From positions 70,089 to 134,088 of the forward strand of contig JASMKR010000031.1 in NCBI GenBank assembly GCA_030749075.1: 64,000 nt of DNA, read 5' to 3'. Source of the stretch: Candidatus Thalassarchaeaceae archaeon. GTDB taxonomy: Archaea > Thermoplasmatota > Poseidoniia > Poseidoniales > Thalassarchaeaceae. Of this stretch, positions 30,538 to 40,699 are shown piece by piece. The position numbers were made by a program, and so were the translations under genes. Each line of letters starts with the position of its first letter. Within the stretch, counting starts at the first letter, position 1. The notes beneath the pieces were generated by a model, which saw only the letters and a list, made by a program, of their open reading frames with translations, did not search any database and was not told the origin of the DNA.

Positions 30538-33069
30538 GTGGCCACGATTTCTGCGTCCCGCCCCGGGGTCCAAGAGCGAATCTTCCTGCATCTTCGTGAC
30601 TATATGGATCACAGTGACAAGGTAGAAGTCCCATTCGCACTTTCGCAGATGGGAATTGCAAACTCCGTGGCAATCGCTCGATCCAACGTTCCCAGAGCAA
30701 TCTCCGGGATGAAAGAGTCCGGCCATCTCATCGAGCGTCAAGCTCACGTCACCGGAGTCTCTAGGAAACGCAAGGCATACTTTCTCACCGAAGATGGCGC
30801 TAATGTCGCCGATGAGATTTGGACAAAGGTATCCGAGCATCCGGTCAGGCTCGTACACCCCGACGGTCGATCCGAATCCACCTCCCTCTCTGAGGCAGTA
30901 GAGGGGACCGACCTGCCTCTTCGCCATGTCGACCTGCTACGCTACATGGATGACTCGGGCACGATAGACCTCTCAGGACTCACACCTGATCTAATTCAGA
31001 GGGATCTCTCCAAACACATCGAAAAACAACTCATTTCCTACCTCAACGACCTACCCCGAACCCGTCGGTTCTACGGGAGGGCGAAGGAACTCGATGTCAT
31101 GGCAGAACTACTGGATTCCAAATCCGGCTCGATCCTTCTTCCCGGGATTGCAGGAATCGGGAAGACTTCCCTATCGACGAAAATATTGGACCGATTCACG
31201 CATCGACGAAACCTCCTGTACCACAGATGTCAGGACTGGGAGGGGTCACGTGCATTTCTCGAGGGATGTGCTGAGTGGCTCGCAGCGATAGGCCACAACG
31301 ACCTCTCCGACTATCTTGCCTCCACTCCCGTTCCCCAACCAACCATGACAGTGAATCTAATCGAATCAGGACTCTCTGAATCTCCTTCTTTGATTGTCAT
31401 TGATGACCTCCACAAGATGGGTGACGAGACTCTGTACACCATTCTTCGTGAGCTCACCTTGAGAATCCCCAATCTGAAGGAAGTCGGCCTAGTGATGTTC
31501 TCTCGTTCATTCCGGATGGTCGTCCCCGAATCCGACAGAACTGGGAAGATCGTTACACTAGTGATGCCTCTTCAGGGATTGGACGAGGATTCCAGCAAGC
31601 AGATTCTGACGGCGATGCCCGGGTTGAATCAAGAGCAGTTCTCCAATATTTACTCCTTGTCCCGGGGGCACCCCCTAATTCTTGAGCTCATAAACAGGGG
31701 GAATGTCGCTGATACCTTCCATGCGACTCTGGAGGCATTCGTGGAACAGGAAATCTTCAGCCGCCTCTCAGGTGCTGAAAAGCGCCTTCTCGGTGCAATT
31801 GCTGTGTTTCGTGAACCCATTCCTATTCATGCAGTCAAGCAAGTCGAAGGGGGTACTGACCTGCTCGATGAACTGGTAGAAAAAGGGCTAGCCCGCCAAT
31901 CTGATGCGGAAAACTACGATGTCCACGATCTCGTTAGAGAGTTCCTTATGCGCTCGATGGACGATGAACTGAGGAAGGAACTGCATTCTACTGCTGTGGG
32001 TTGGTATAGGGATAAGTATGACAATGCCGCCTATAGAATTGAGTTCATTCATCACCTTCGGTATACCGGGGACGATGATGGCCTAGCCGAAGTACTGCTT
32101 TCAGAGGGTCACCGCCTTGTTAGGGCCGGCCATACCGAGCTTCTCTCAATATTGAACACCCTCGATAGGAATGACTTCGACACAAAGAGCTGGGGACTGA
32201 TAAGGGAACTTAGGGGGGACATCCTCTCTATTCAGGGGAGATGGGATGAAGCAGAGATTGAATACGACGCTGCAACAAGACAAGTCGGAAGAAAAATCAG
32301 TCCCGAACTCGCCCGCCTACTATCTGCTAGAGCCGACATTGCAGTAAAACGAGGAGCAATGGATGACGCGCTTGAACTTCACCGCAAGGCCCTCCAGATA
32401 CAAACCCACAAAGACATTCGTGATGCGGTTGGAGCAGCGCGCTCATACAATAATATGGGATACATCTACAGGAGAAGGAAGGATGTAAGACGCGCGCTCG
32501 AGGTTTATGGCAATGTCGAGGATATGCTGAAACTCGAGGATGATCCCGAACTCAACGAGGCTAGAATCAGACTAGCTTCCGCCTTCATCGAGATGGGGGA
32601 ATTGGACAGGGCCAGAGAGCATGCCCTTGCGTCCTTCGACAATACCAAGGACATCAATCAGGATTTCCTTCACGCACGCTCGAGAGCAGTCCTCGGCAGA
32701 TTCTATGCCAAGATTTCTGACAACGAGCTTGCACTCCACCACTACTCTGGTGCTTTGGAAACTCTCTCTCACCTCGATGACCCAAGAAGCGCGGTGGAGA
32801 TCGAGATGCTGCTAGGGCAGGTATTAGTTGATGCTGGTAGGGGCGGGGAGGCCGGCGAACATTACCTCAACGGTCTTGCAGTGGCCGAGGCAAACGACTT
32901 CAGAATGCTACAGGGCGAGTTACTAGCTCGCCTCGGAGAGGTTGAGGCCGATCGTTCGCAGCGAATGAACTACCTACAGCGCTCGCTTTCCCTATTCAGG
33001 GAACTGGGGGCCGTGGAAAGGATGAAGGAGGTCCAGAACTCAGTTCACCGGGCGGTAATGGGGAAGTAG
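30538..33069 (+). CDS. STAND-class P-loop NTPase with N-terminal winged-HTH and C-terminal TPR repeats (AfsR/SARP-like regulator architecture)
   Basis: The N-terminal ~100 aa is wHTH-like (ALSQMGIANSVAIARSNVPRAISGMKESGHLIERQ). Walker A is LLPGIAGIGKTSL (nt ~31141-31170) and Walker B is LIVIDDLH. LVMFSRSF and GHPLILELI are the NB-ARC sensor-1 and GxP motifs. The C-terminal ~300 aa has TPR-like repeats (SYNNMGYIYRRRKDVRRALEVY etc). Confidence 0.65.
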   Translation: MATISASRPGVQERIFLHLRDYMDHSDKVEVPFALSQMGIANSVAIARSNVPRAISGMKESGHLIERQAHVTGVSRKRKAYFLTEDGANVADEIWTKVSEHPVRLVHPDGRSESTSLSEAVEGTDLPLRHVDLLRYMDDSGTIDLSGLTPDLIQRDLSKHIEKQLISYLNDLPRTRRFYGRAKELDVMAELLDSKSGSILLPGIAGIGKTSLSTKILDRFTHRRNLLYHRCQDWEGSRAFLEGCAEWLAAIGHNDLSDYLASTPVPQPTMTVNLIESGLSESPSLIVIDDLHKMGDETLYTILRELTLRIPNLKEVGLVMFSRSFRMVVPESDRTGKIVTLVMPLQGLDEDSSKQILTAMPGLNQEQFSNIYSLSRGHPLILELINRGNVADTFHATLEAFVEQEIFSRLSGAEKRLLGAIAVFREPIPIHAVKQVEGGTDLLDELVEKGLARQSDAENYDVHDLVREFLMRSMDDELRKELHSTAVGWYRDKYDNAAYRIEFIHHLRYTGDDDGLAEVLLSEGHRLVRAGHTELLSILNTLDRNDFDTKSWGLIRELRGDILSIQGRWDEAEIEYDAATRQVGRKISPELARLLSARADIAVKRGAMDDALELHRKALQIQTHKDIRDAVGAARSYNNMGYIYRRRKDVRRALEVYGNVEDMLKLEDDPELNEARIRLASAFIEMGELDRAREHALASFDNTKDINQDFLHARSRAVLGRFYAKISDNELALHHYSGALETLSHLDDPRSAVEIEMLLGQVLVDAGRGGEAGEHYLNGLAVAEANDFRMLQGELLARLGEVEADRSQRMNYLQRSLSLFRELGAVERMKEVQNSVHRAVMGK

Positions 33070-33876
33070 TCAGGCCGCCACGAATCGCCGTGGTTCCGCT
33101 TGCCCAGTCCAATGGCTGAACTCCGGCCCACGCTGTTTTGAGACTGAAATGTCGCCTGAGAATGTATCGCCAATGGCCATCAGAACCTCGCTCTCTGCCA
33201 AATGGGGGGCATTGTTATTCTCAGAAAGGTGACAGAGGACGATGCTATCCAACTCAGGGTGACACACGTTTCCCAATAGTTCGGCAGTTTGGGAATTAGA
33301 AAGGTGCCCACCTCGCCCCGAAATCCTTCGTTTGAGAGAATCTGGATATGGCCCTTGGATGAGCTTGGAGTGGTCGTAATTCGCTTCGATTGAGATGTGG
33401 TTGCAGCCACGAAGATGCTTCGCCAATTCAGCAGTGGACTCTCCGAGGTCCGTCACTATAGCAGCCCGTCCTCCATTTCCATCGCTGCCGATTACGGCGA
33501 CGTTTTCGGCATCGTCATGAGGAACTGGAACTGTTATCAGACTGAGTCCGGTGGCACACTCTACCCTCTCAAGATTGCCGAACGTCCTACAGTCCTCTAG
33601 AGGGTGCCAACCCAATTTCATTGCAGTTTCTAGATTACAGTGGAGTTTGGCGTCCCATGCCCTTGAGGCTTTGAGGGCTGAGTTGGAGTGGTCCCTGTGA
33701 TGGTGCGTCACGAGAATGGCGTCAATTGAATCCGGTGCGACTCCAATCAATGACAGCCTCTTCTCAGTTTGCCTGAGACTAAATCCACAATCTATCAAGG
33801 CCCTCGAGTCCCCGGAGCTTAGTAGGGTTGCGTTGCCTTTACTGCCCGAACCCAGATGAGTAATCTCGATGCTCAT
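33070..33876 (-). CDS. MBL-fold metallo-hydrolase (metallo-beta-lactamase superfamily)
   Basis: LVTHHHRDH is the HxHxDH motif. The N-terminal HLGSGSKGNATLL is typical of the MBL fold. Downstream His/Asp ligands are present. It is convergent with and abuts the STAND gene. Confidence 0.7.
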   Translation of the reverse strand: MSIEITHLGSGSKGNATLLSSGDSRALIDCGFSLRQTEKRLSLIGVAPDSIDAILVTHHHRDHSNSALKASRAWDAKLHCNLETAMKLGWHPLEDCRTFGNLERVECATGLSLITVPVPHDDAENVAVIGSDGNGGRAAIVTDLGESTAELAKHLRGCNHISIEANYDHSKLIQGPYPDSLKRRISGRGGHLSNSQTAELLGNVCHPELDSIVLCHLSENNNAPHLAESEVLMAIGDTFSGDISVSKQRGPEFSHWTGQAEPRRFVAA

Positions 33877-34053
33877 AATGTCATTCTCTCATCCACAGCA
33901 CCCTTTGAACCAATCCATTATCTTGCCTCAATCACACGCTATTCCAAGACCATGGTGGTTAGCCGCCACCCCATTCTAGCCATCTATGTCCGAACGGCGC
34001 TCCATCACCATGATAAATCACTCAAGTAGGGAAAATGGTACCGAGTGGGTAAC

Positions 34054-37000
34054 ATGCGGCGCAAGCAGACTGCCCTGCTATTCTCCTTCCTGATATTATC
34101 TAGCCTCGCCTTCGTCTCTCAAACACGCCCACAGTCTCCGGTGTCTTCGACCGATCCGAACCTCGCAGAAGGCAGCGAGTCCCCTGTCACTGACCAGGAC
34201 GGAGACCTAATCCCCGATCTCTACGAAGTCATTTTCGGTGATGACTACTTGTTGGAGACTGCGAATGTAGAGATGACCATCAATGGACTCGACCCCTCAG
34301 ATGCCACCGATAACCTCACCGATAACGACGGAGATGGGCTCACCGCCCTGCAGGAGTACTGTTGGCCCTACACCATTGACAGATGTTTCGAAGAGAGGAA
34401 CAGTCTTACTGGTAAGGCACCCGAGGAGACCGTGTCTGGCCTGAGGGAATACCTCGATCCCAGAGTTTCCGATACCGATGGTGATGGCCTTCCTGACGGC
34501 TACGAAGTATATATGTGCACAATTGGAGGCCTTTTCAAGAACAACCCAAACGACCCATTGAACTCGAAGAAGATTTGGGAATGCCAATTCTTCGACCCTC
34601 TCGACCCCAGCGATCTAATTGAGGACTTCGATCGGTGTGAGGCTGACTTCAGTTGGGGATGCGGCGATGGATTCGACTTCAACGGCGACGGAACTATCGA
34701 CATTGGCGAGAGATTCACAAACGCCGAAGAGTACCTCTTTGGCACTCCTCAAGAATGGATAACGGAGCGGGATGGACTTTGGTGCTATGGACAAATCTCT
34801 GGCCTGTCTGAAGATGCTTGTCAGACACAATACGACAGACCCACTTCTAATCATGGTTGGATGGGTACTGACCCTCGATTCGCCGATTCGGACTATTATT
34901 CATGGGACGAGGTCGTGGCCGTCGAGCTCATAGTTCCCGGGGATGGAATTCCTGATGGTTGGGAGGCTCACCACGGCCTGGACCCTCGGAATGCCAGCGA
35001 TTCCGTACTCGATAGCGACTCCGATGGATGGGATGGAAATAGGGATGGCTTCATTACTCCGGATGTAACTACGTCAACGGCCCACTGGGGAGAGTCATTC
35101 AGTAACTATGAGGAATATTCCATCGACTTCGATGAGGCATCCGGGGTCAGGCCAGGCCTCAGGGGGACCAAGGTTTCTTCGGAGCAGGGGCAGGTTCTAA
35201 ACTTCGATCACTCGACTGCAATAAGCCTCTTCGATCCTGCTGTCCACTCCGTGATTGCTGACCAACCGAGGGACCGCCTCATTGTCGGTTCGAGATACGG
35301 AATAACGGCCATAGATCCGTTTAGGGGAACAACCTCCAACTTCGAGTTCCAGCCAGGGATTGAGGGATTGACGATGAGTCGCTATACGATTGGTGACTCG
35401 GACTACCTCTTACTCGGAACAAATGTGGGATTTCACACCTTCCGGATGGAGAACGGCCTCCCTATGATGGACTCAATGAAAACTCAAGAGATAGGCCCCG
35501 TTTCTACCATAATTCCCCTAAAGACCAATTCTGTTGATCTTGACCTCCTACTTTTCGGGGGCTCGAGTGCATGGAAGGCCAAGTTGGCAGTGGGGTTCGA
35601 GTCCAACTCCTCTAGTTTCGAACCCCTTCCCCTCGTTGAGCTTTCCACAATGCTCTCTCACTCCAATGCCTCAGTTACCACGGCCGCGCATGTGGAGATG
35701 TCTGGAAGAGGCCCGCTTCTCTTCATAGGTACGGATGTTGGATTACTGGGTTGGAACACTACTGATGGGTCGAACTCGGTCGGCCAACCCTGGTGGATTT
35801 TCGACATTATGAACGCAGAATATTTCGTCAATACCAATCTCTTTGACTCCACCAATGCTGCTCGGGTAAACACCATTGTGATTGGCGATGGGATCGAGGG
35901 AGAGAGCGATGTCTGGATGGGGACAAGTGGGGGTCTGCATCGGATAAACATGAACCTGATAATATCTCAACCTACAGAGGCATTCGATAATGGAAGGATG
36001 CTCAATATCGATGGCCTGCTGTCTGGAGCAAACGACGTCCATGCAATTCTTCCACTAGATGGGATGGTTGCAGTGGGGTCAAAGGATGGCACTTGGTGCC
36101 TAGAGGGGGGATCCTCGGGGATAATAGGTCCTTTTCTTAACCAAACAGAGATTCCCGGGCTCGTAACTTCAATGGTCACTTTGGACAAAGAGGGGGAGGA
36201 GTGGCTCTTCGCTGGCATCTCCCCTGGCAGATACATGAACATAGCATCCATGAACCCTCACTCTGCTGACTCTGACTTGGATGGGATGCCCGATGGGTGG
36301 GAGTTCGCTTACGGCCTAGATCCAACAGACCCCTATGACAGCCTAAGGGATCCGGACGTCGATGGAGTTTCGATTTCTTGGAGTGACGATGGGTATTACA
36401 CGAGGCAATGGAGCAACTTGGATGAGTATAGATTCATTTCAGCCACAATGGACGGATTCAACGGTACCGACCCCCGACACTCTGACTCTGATGGAGATGG
36501 TTTGAGTGATGGAGAGGAGTATTGGGGGTGGTTCTTTGACTCGACCTCATTTGAATGCCATTACCTCAACGGGGCCTATATGTGCGATCCCAACACTGGG
36601 GAGTCAGCAAGGGAGGTCCATTTGGGTGGATGGCTAGGCTCGGGGTCAGGCGGCGGTAGCGATGGACCCACTGACCCAACCAATCCAGATTCGGATGGGG
36701 ACGGAATGCCCGATGGTTGGGAGATTCGCCATAGGAGGTGGTTGGGGGATGTCTATACCGGCGGAAACAATTGGACCCTAGACCCTAGGGACCCCTCGGA
36801 TGCTATGCAGGACGCCGACGGTGACGGACTCAGCAATATCTGCGAGTACGAGTGGGCAAGACTTCACAATCAAGTCATGACATTGGGTCTGGATACTCAC
36901 GGTGAATCGAAGGAATCGGCAGCAAACTGGTTCAGTACCGATCCTAATTCAGTGGATTCCGATCACGACTCCCTCCCAGATGGCTGGGAGGCCCGCTACT

Positions 37001-39771
37001 CGTGCCACTGGCCATCTGAAAATGCCGGAATCAACCCGATGAACGGCTCTGATTTTCTGAACAATCCCGACGGTGACGGTTACGACTCCAATCATGACGG
37101 AACACTGGAATTGGAAGAATCTCTCGTCAATTGGCTCGAATACCATCTCAAATCGAAAATCCTCCTGCATAATGGTACTTCATCCGGTGAAAATTATCCA
37201 GGTAATCTGACTTCAGTCTTGCCCCACGAGTCATGGGATGGACTAGCGCCAGGTTCCTTTGGCGAGTACATTGGAAGCTACTATGAATCGTTGAATGCTG
37301 CCCTGCCGATTGATGACATAGGCACATCTGACCCTCTTCGCGCTGATTCGGACAGGGACGGGATGCCGGATGGATGGGAAGTCTACAATGCCCGATGGAG
37401 CCTCTTTGAGCAAGACTGGACGCTCAACCCCGTGAATAGCGATGACAGGCTAGGTGACCCAGACGGTGACGGAATGAACAACTGGGAGGAGTACAACGCC
37501 ATCGACGGCCAGTTGAGTGAAAGCGATGGAACTATTTCTGTACCCCAGTTTTACCTATCTGATGCAGCGGGGGCACTCTTGGAGACTCCCTGGATTGGGG
37601 CCGAATCGTCTCTGTCGTTTGGATCATTCGTCACAGAAGAGCAGAGAAACTCGACGGGATTAACTGCCGATCCAAACAACCCTGACTCAGATGGTGATGG
37701 ATTGCTTGACGGTGTCGAGTTGATTTTCACCATGTGGAACTCAACCGACAGCGTCTGGACACTCAATCCATTGGTTCCAAACGATGGGTTCTATGACTCC
37801 GACGGCGACGGTATCCGTGATTCGACTGAACTGAACCTTACTGCCAATGGTCCGGTCAATGGTGACCTTTCTCCTCCCGATGCCCCATTGTTCTGGGAGG
37901 AGGCAGATCAATTGAATCACTTAGATTCCGTGAACCGAATTTTTAGAATATTATTCAAGAAGGAAGGCAGGGCTGAGCTGGCGATGAATCAATTCTACGA
38001 TTGGCAGGAGGGACACTCTGCCAAGCCTCTTCTTTCCTCAATAATTGGAATCACCGATCCAAACGAAGTCGACACCGATCGTGATGGGATGAGCGATGGG
38101 TATGAGTATTGGTTCACCGGCTGGGATCTTGAAAACAATCGTTGGAACATGAATCCCCTGAGTGATACCGATTCAGGTTATGACTCCGACGAAGATTCCT
38201 ACGACTGCAACGAAGATGGGGAGATTTCCGATTCTGAATCCTTCGACAACCTTGCTGAGTATGACTCCAGATGGTACGGAAAGAGGCTGGCCATAGGCAG
38301 CATGCCAAACGGCACAGGAGTGGTGTCCTATGGCTCGGATGCTGTAACCGCTCAAATAGAGGAAAATGGGCTTTCGATGGAAGCTGCGTGGGGGCAACTT
38401 TACCTGCAGTTCGCCACGAAGAGCCTGTCTTCTTCAGAGAAGATGGGCCTGATCAATTCTTTCAACCCTGACAACTTCAACCATACCCTAATTGGAATTA
38501 GCGACCCAACCGACGCAGACTCCGACAGGGATGGTATGCCCGACGGCTGGGAGTTCTGCTACTCCCTATATGCCGAGGTACTCCCAGTCAATGCCTTCCG
38601 CTGGTCGTTGAACCCGATTAATCCCCTCGATGTAGACTACGACCCCGATGCCGACGGTTGGTTCGACAGGATGATTGGGGACAATCCAGCTGAGCAAGGG
38701 ACGTGGGAGAATCGCGAGTTCTCGGCTTATGCGCCCAATCAGCAGATTTCAAACGGAGTCACTGCACTGTACTTCACAAATATCATGGAGTTCCACAATG
38801 GTACAAAACCACTCGATCCAGACTCAGATAGCGACGCAATGGCAATGATTCCAGTATTCCAAGACGGCATAATGACCGATTATGTCAGGGACATGAGCCT
38901 GTCCGATGGTCTTGAGATTTTCAAGTACGGTACAAACCCTCTCGATAATGACACAGACGGCGACATGATGCCAGACTTCTACGAGCACTACCGCGGATGG
39001 AATGAGACTAATGACAATTGGTCCTCTTTCTATAAAATCGAAGTGCAATGGCAGGAAGTCACTCCAAACAACTGGAAACCCGTGGACATCTCGAAGGGCT
39101 ACATCGCCAGACCCTCACTTGGCTGGACATGGTTCACTCACGATGCCACTGATCCATCTGACGCATCACAGGACGCGGATATGGATGGTGAATGGGCCTG
39201 TTCTGGCTCTTCCTGTACATATGAGCCGTACAATAACTTCCAAGAGTACTATGCTGTCGTTAATGCCACCCTATCCTCTCCCTCAGTTGTCCGCGCCTCC
39301 TCCCTATACGACTGCTCTGGGGACACCGTCGAGGAATGGTGGCAACTGAGGGAGACGCTGTTGGGCACTTGTTCTGGCTCCAACTCACTGTCATCCAATT
39401 ACTTGAGAATGAACAGAATCAACAATCAGGATTCACTCTACGCATTGATTATCGACGATAACGATGTTGACTACGAGATCGTCAACACGAGTGATGACAT
39501 CATCTTCGTCAATGGTGCTTGGACGGATGAATTTAATCGATTGGCAGGAGATAGATACCACCTGCCTAACGTCGGACTCGGAGAGAATCCCTATGGTTGG
39601 TGGTACCTGGATATCGACGGCGATCTCATTGCAGATGGGACCGACCCGACGAACTGGGACACCGATGGCGATTGGTTGAACGATTTCTTTGAGATAGATG
39701 ATGACCTATTGGATGGGGTGAGGGGAAACAGCGGTTCCCCCATCAGGTACGACGATCGCACTACCTCATGA
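34054..39771 (+). CDS. Giant (about 1,905-aa) secreted Ca-binding protein with ~22 thrombospondin-type-3-like DxDxDG..D..E repeats; no TM anchor
   Basis: Signal peptide is MRRKQTALLFSFLILSSLAFVSQTRP. Repeats include DTDGDGLPDGYE, DSDGDGMPDGWE, DSDRDGMPDGWE, DADGDGLSNICE and others spread over the whole protein. There is no C-terminal hydrophobic helix. The track ORF begins at a GTG at 34045. Confidence 0.75.
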   Translation: MRRKQTALLFSFLILSSLAFVSQTRPQSPVSSTDPNLAEGSESPVTDQDGDLIPDLYEVIFGDDYLLETANVEMTINGLDPSDATDNLTDNDGDGLTALQEYCWPYTIDRCFEERNSLTGKAPEETVSGLREYLDPRVSDTDGDGLPDGYEVYMCTIGGLFKNNPNDPLNSKKIWECQFFDPLDPSDLIEDFDRCEADFSWGCGDGFDFNGDGTIDIGERFTNAEEYLFGTPQEWITERDGLWCYGQISGLSEDACQTQYDRPTSNHGWMGTDPRFADSDYYSWDEVVAVELIVPGDGIPDGWEAHHGLDPRNASDSVLDSDSDGWDGNRDGFITPDVTTSTAHWGESFSNYEEYSIDFDEASGVRPGLRGTKVSSEQGQVLNFDHSTAISLFDPAVHSVIADQPRDRLIVGSRYGITAIDPFRGTTSNFEFQPGIEGLTMSRYTIGDSDYLLLGTNVGFHTFRMENGLPMMDSMKTQEIGPVSTIIPLKTNSVDLDLLLFGGSSAWKAKLAVGFESNSSSFEPLPLVELSTMLSHSNASVTTAAHVEMSGRGPLLFIGTDVGLLGWNTTDGSNSVGQPWWIFDIMNAEYFVNTNLFDSTNAARVNTIVIGDGIEGESDVWMGTSGGLHRINMNLIISQPTEAFDNGRMLNIDGLLSGANDVHAILPLDGMVAVGSKDGTWCLEGGSSGIIGPFLNQTEIPGLVTSMVTLDKEGEEWLFAGISPGRYMNIASMNPHSADSDLDGMPDGWEFAYGLDPTDPYDSLRDPDVDGVSISWSDDGYYTRQWSNLDEYRFISATMDGFNGTDPRHSDSDGDGLSDGEEYWGWFFDSTSFECHYLNGAYMCDPNTGESAREVHLGGWLGSGSGGGSDGPTDPTNPDSDGDGMPDGWEIRHRRWLGDVYTGGNNWTLDPRDPSDAMQDADGDGLSNICEYEWARLHNQVMTLGLDTHGESKESAANWFSTDPNSVDSDHDSLPDGWEARYSCHWPSENAGINPMNGSDFLNNPDGDGYDSNHDGTLELEESLVNWLEYHLKSKILLHNGTSSGENYPGNLTSVLPHESWDGLAPGSFGEYIGSYYESLNAALPIDDIGTSDPLRADSDRDGMPDGWEVYNARWSLFEQDWTLNPVNSDDRLGDPDGDGMNNWEEYNAIDGQLSESDGTISVPQFYLSDAAGALLETPWIGAESSLSFGSFVTEEQRNSTGLTADPNNPDSDGDGLLDGVELIFTMWNSTDSVWTLNPLVPNDGFYDSDGDGIRDSTELNLTANGPVNGDLSPPDAPLFWEEADQLNHLDSVNRIFRILFKKEGRAELAMNQFYDWQEGHSAKPLLSSIIGITDPNEVDTDRDGMSDGYEYWFTGWDLENNRWNMNPLSDTDSGYDSDEDSYDCNEDGEISDSESFDNLAEYDSRWYGKRLAIGSMPNGTGVVSYGSDAVTAQIEENGLSMEAAWGQLYLQFATKSLSSSEKMGLINSFNPDNFNHTLIGISDPTDADSDRDGMPDGWEFCYSLYAEVLPVNAFRWSLNPINPLDVDYDPDADGWFDRMIGDNPAEQGTWENREFSAYAPNQQISNGVTALYFTNIMEFHNGTKPLDPDSDSDAMAMIPVFQDGIMTDYVRDMSLSDGLEIFKYGTNPLDNDTDGDMMPDFYEHYRGWNETNDNWSSFYKIEVQWQEVTPNNWKPVDISKGYIARPSLGWTWFTHDATDPSDASQDADMDGEWACSGSSCTYEPYNNFQEYYAVVNATLSSPSVVRASSLYDCSGDTVEEWWQLRETLLGTCSGSNSLSSNYLRMNRINNQDSLYALIIDDNDVDYEIVNTSDDIIFVNGAWTDEFNRLAGDRYHLPNVGLGENPYGWWYLDIDGDLIADGTDPTNWDTDGDWLNDFFEIDDDLLDGVRGNSGSPIRYDDRTTS

Positions 39772-40280
39772 CCTCAATCAGTTATGTGCCCAAGCCCAAT
39801 CGAGGGACCATGGTGGGCGAAGACGGGATACCGGCCCCCGACTCGCCCGTAGAGGACAAACTAATCTTCCTGCAAGAGAATATGGTTGGTTTTGTAAGCC
39901 AGTATAGCCTTCCCGCCATCGAAATTGCGCTCGTCCTCTCCAAGTACCTAAGAATCTTGACCGAATCCCTAGTTGAGCATGCAAATACCCATCTCGAGAC
40001 CATCCCGGAAGACCTTCTACGAGCAAGACACCTCGAACCACTCCCTATCGCCTCCGCTCTTTCCGAATTTCCCCTAGAAGCACTCATCTACAGGGTGGAC
40101 CGGGATAGGATGGACATATTAGATACCATTCTGAGAACCTCAATCAACAAGACCGAACTACCATTTCCCCCAGCCATAACACTCTTGAGGGAGTGGGAGG
40201 AAATCGTCCGAGCCCAACTATCGAGTGCAACAACCCCAGGTCACCTGTTCAGTCCCTTGGAGTTACCCAATGGATTCTAG
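39768..40280 (+). CDS. Hypothetical protein (170 aa), translationally coupled (ATGA overlap) to the TSP3-repeat giant gene
   Basis: Its ATG overlaps the stop of the preceding gene (ctcATGAcc). It has no TM segment or recognisable motif. Confidence 0.4.
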   Translation: MTSISYVPKPNRGTMVGEDGIPAPDSPVEDKLIFLQENMVGFVSQYSLPAIEIALVLSKYLRILTESLVEHANTHLETIPEDLLRARHLEPLPIASALSEFPLEALIYRVDRDRMDILDTILRTSINKTELPFPPAITLLREWEEIVRAQLSSATTPGHLFSPLELPNGF

Positions 40281-40628
40281 ACTCTCCCTTGTCTCGGCCG
40301 ATGCCACTATTCCACTCGAGACCCACCATGCGTCTGCAATCGACCAGAAGTAAAGAACGGGCCATAGCACGAGAGACAATATCAGTGGGAATTGAATCAA
40401 GAACCACTCCCCTCCCTTCCTATGCTCCCGATTGAAGTGCTGTCCGAGGAATAGGAGAGGAACGAGGGATATAGCGACTGCGAATAGGGGTCGGACAGCT
40501 CCCCAGGGGCCAATGCCTCCGCTCAACTCGTGCCAGATGACCGAAAGCACGCCAAGGGGACTCGCTCTCGACTCATCTTCGGGTTCGAGTTGAACCACAT
40601 ACTCCTCGCCCACGATGCTCGACTCCAT
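40263..40628 (-). CDS. Hypothetical small membrane protein (121 aa, 2-3 TM helices)
   Basis: Hydrophobic segments are LFAVAISLVPLLFLG and LIQFPLILSLVLWPVLYFW. It has no motif and is a weak call. Confidence 0.3.
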   Translation of the reverse strand: MESSIVGEEYVVQLEPEDESRASPLGVLSVIWHELSGGIGPWGAVRPLFAVAISLVPLLFLGQHFNREHRKGGEWFLIQFPLILSLVLWPVLYFWSIADAWWVSSGIVASAETRESLESIG

Positions 40629-40699
40629 TCGTCACGGAAGAATATGACGACCCCTAGTACTATAGAAAAGGCGAACTAGATGCGGACCGTGGGGTTGCC

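Noticed and set aside
30538-33876. STAND NTPase plus MBL hydrolase as a two-gene defence system
   Set aside because: The genes are convergent and abut tail-to-tail rather than forming an operon. The N-terminal wHTH on the STAND protein argues for a regulator. This is kept only as a hedge in the STAND finding.
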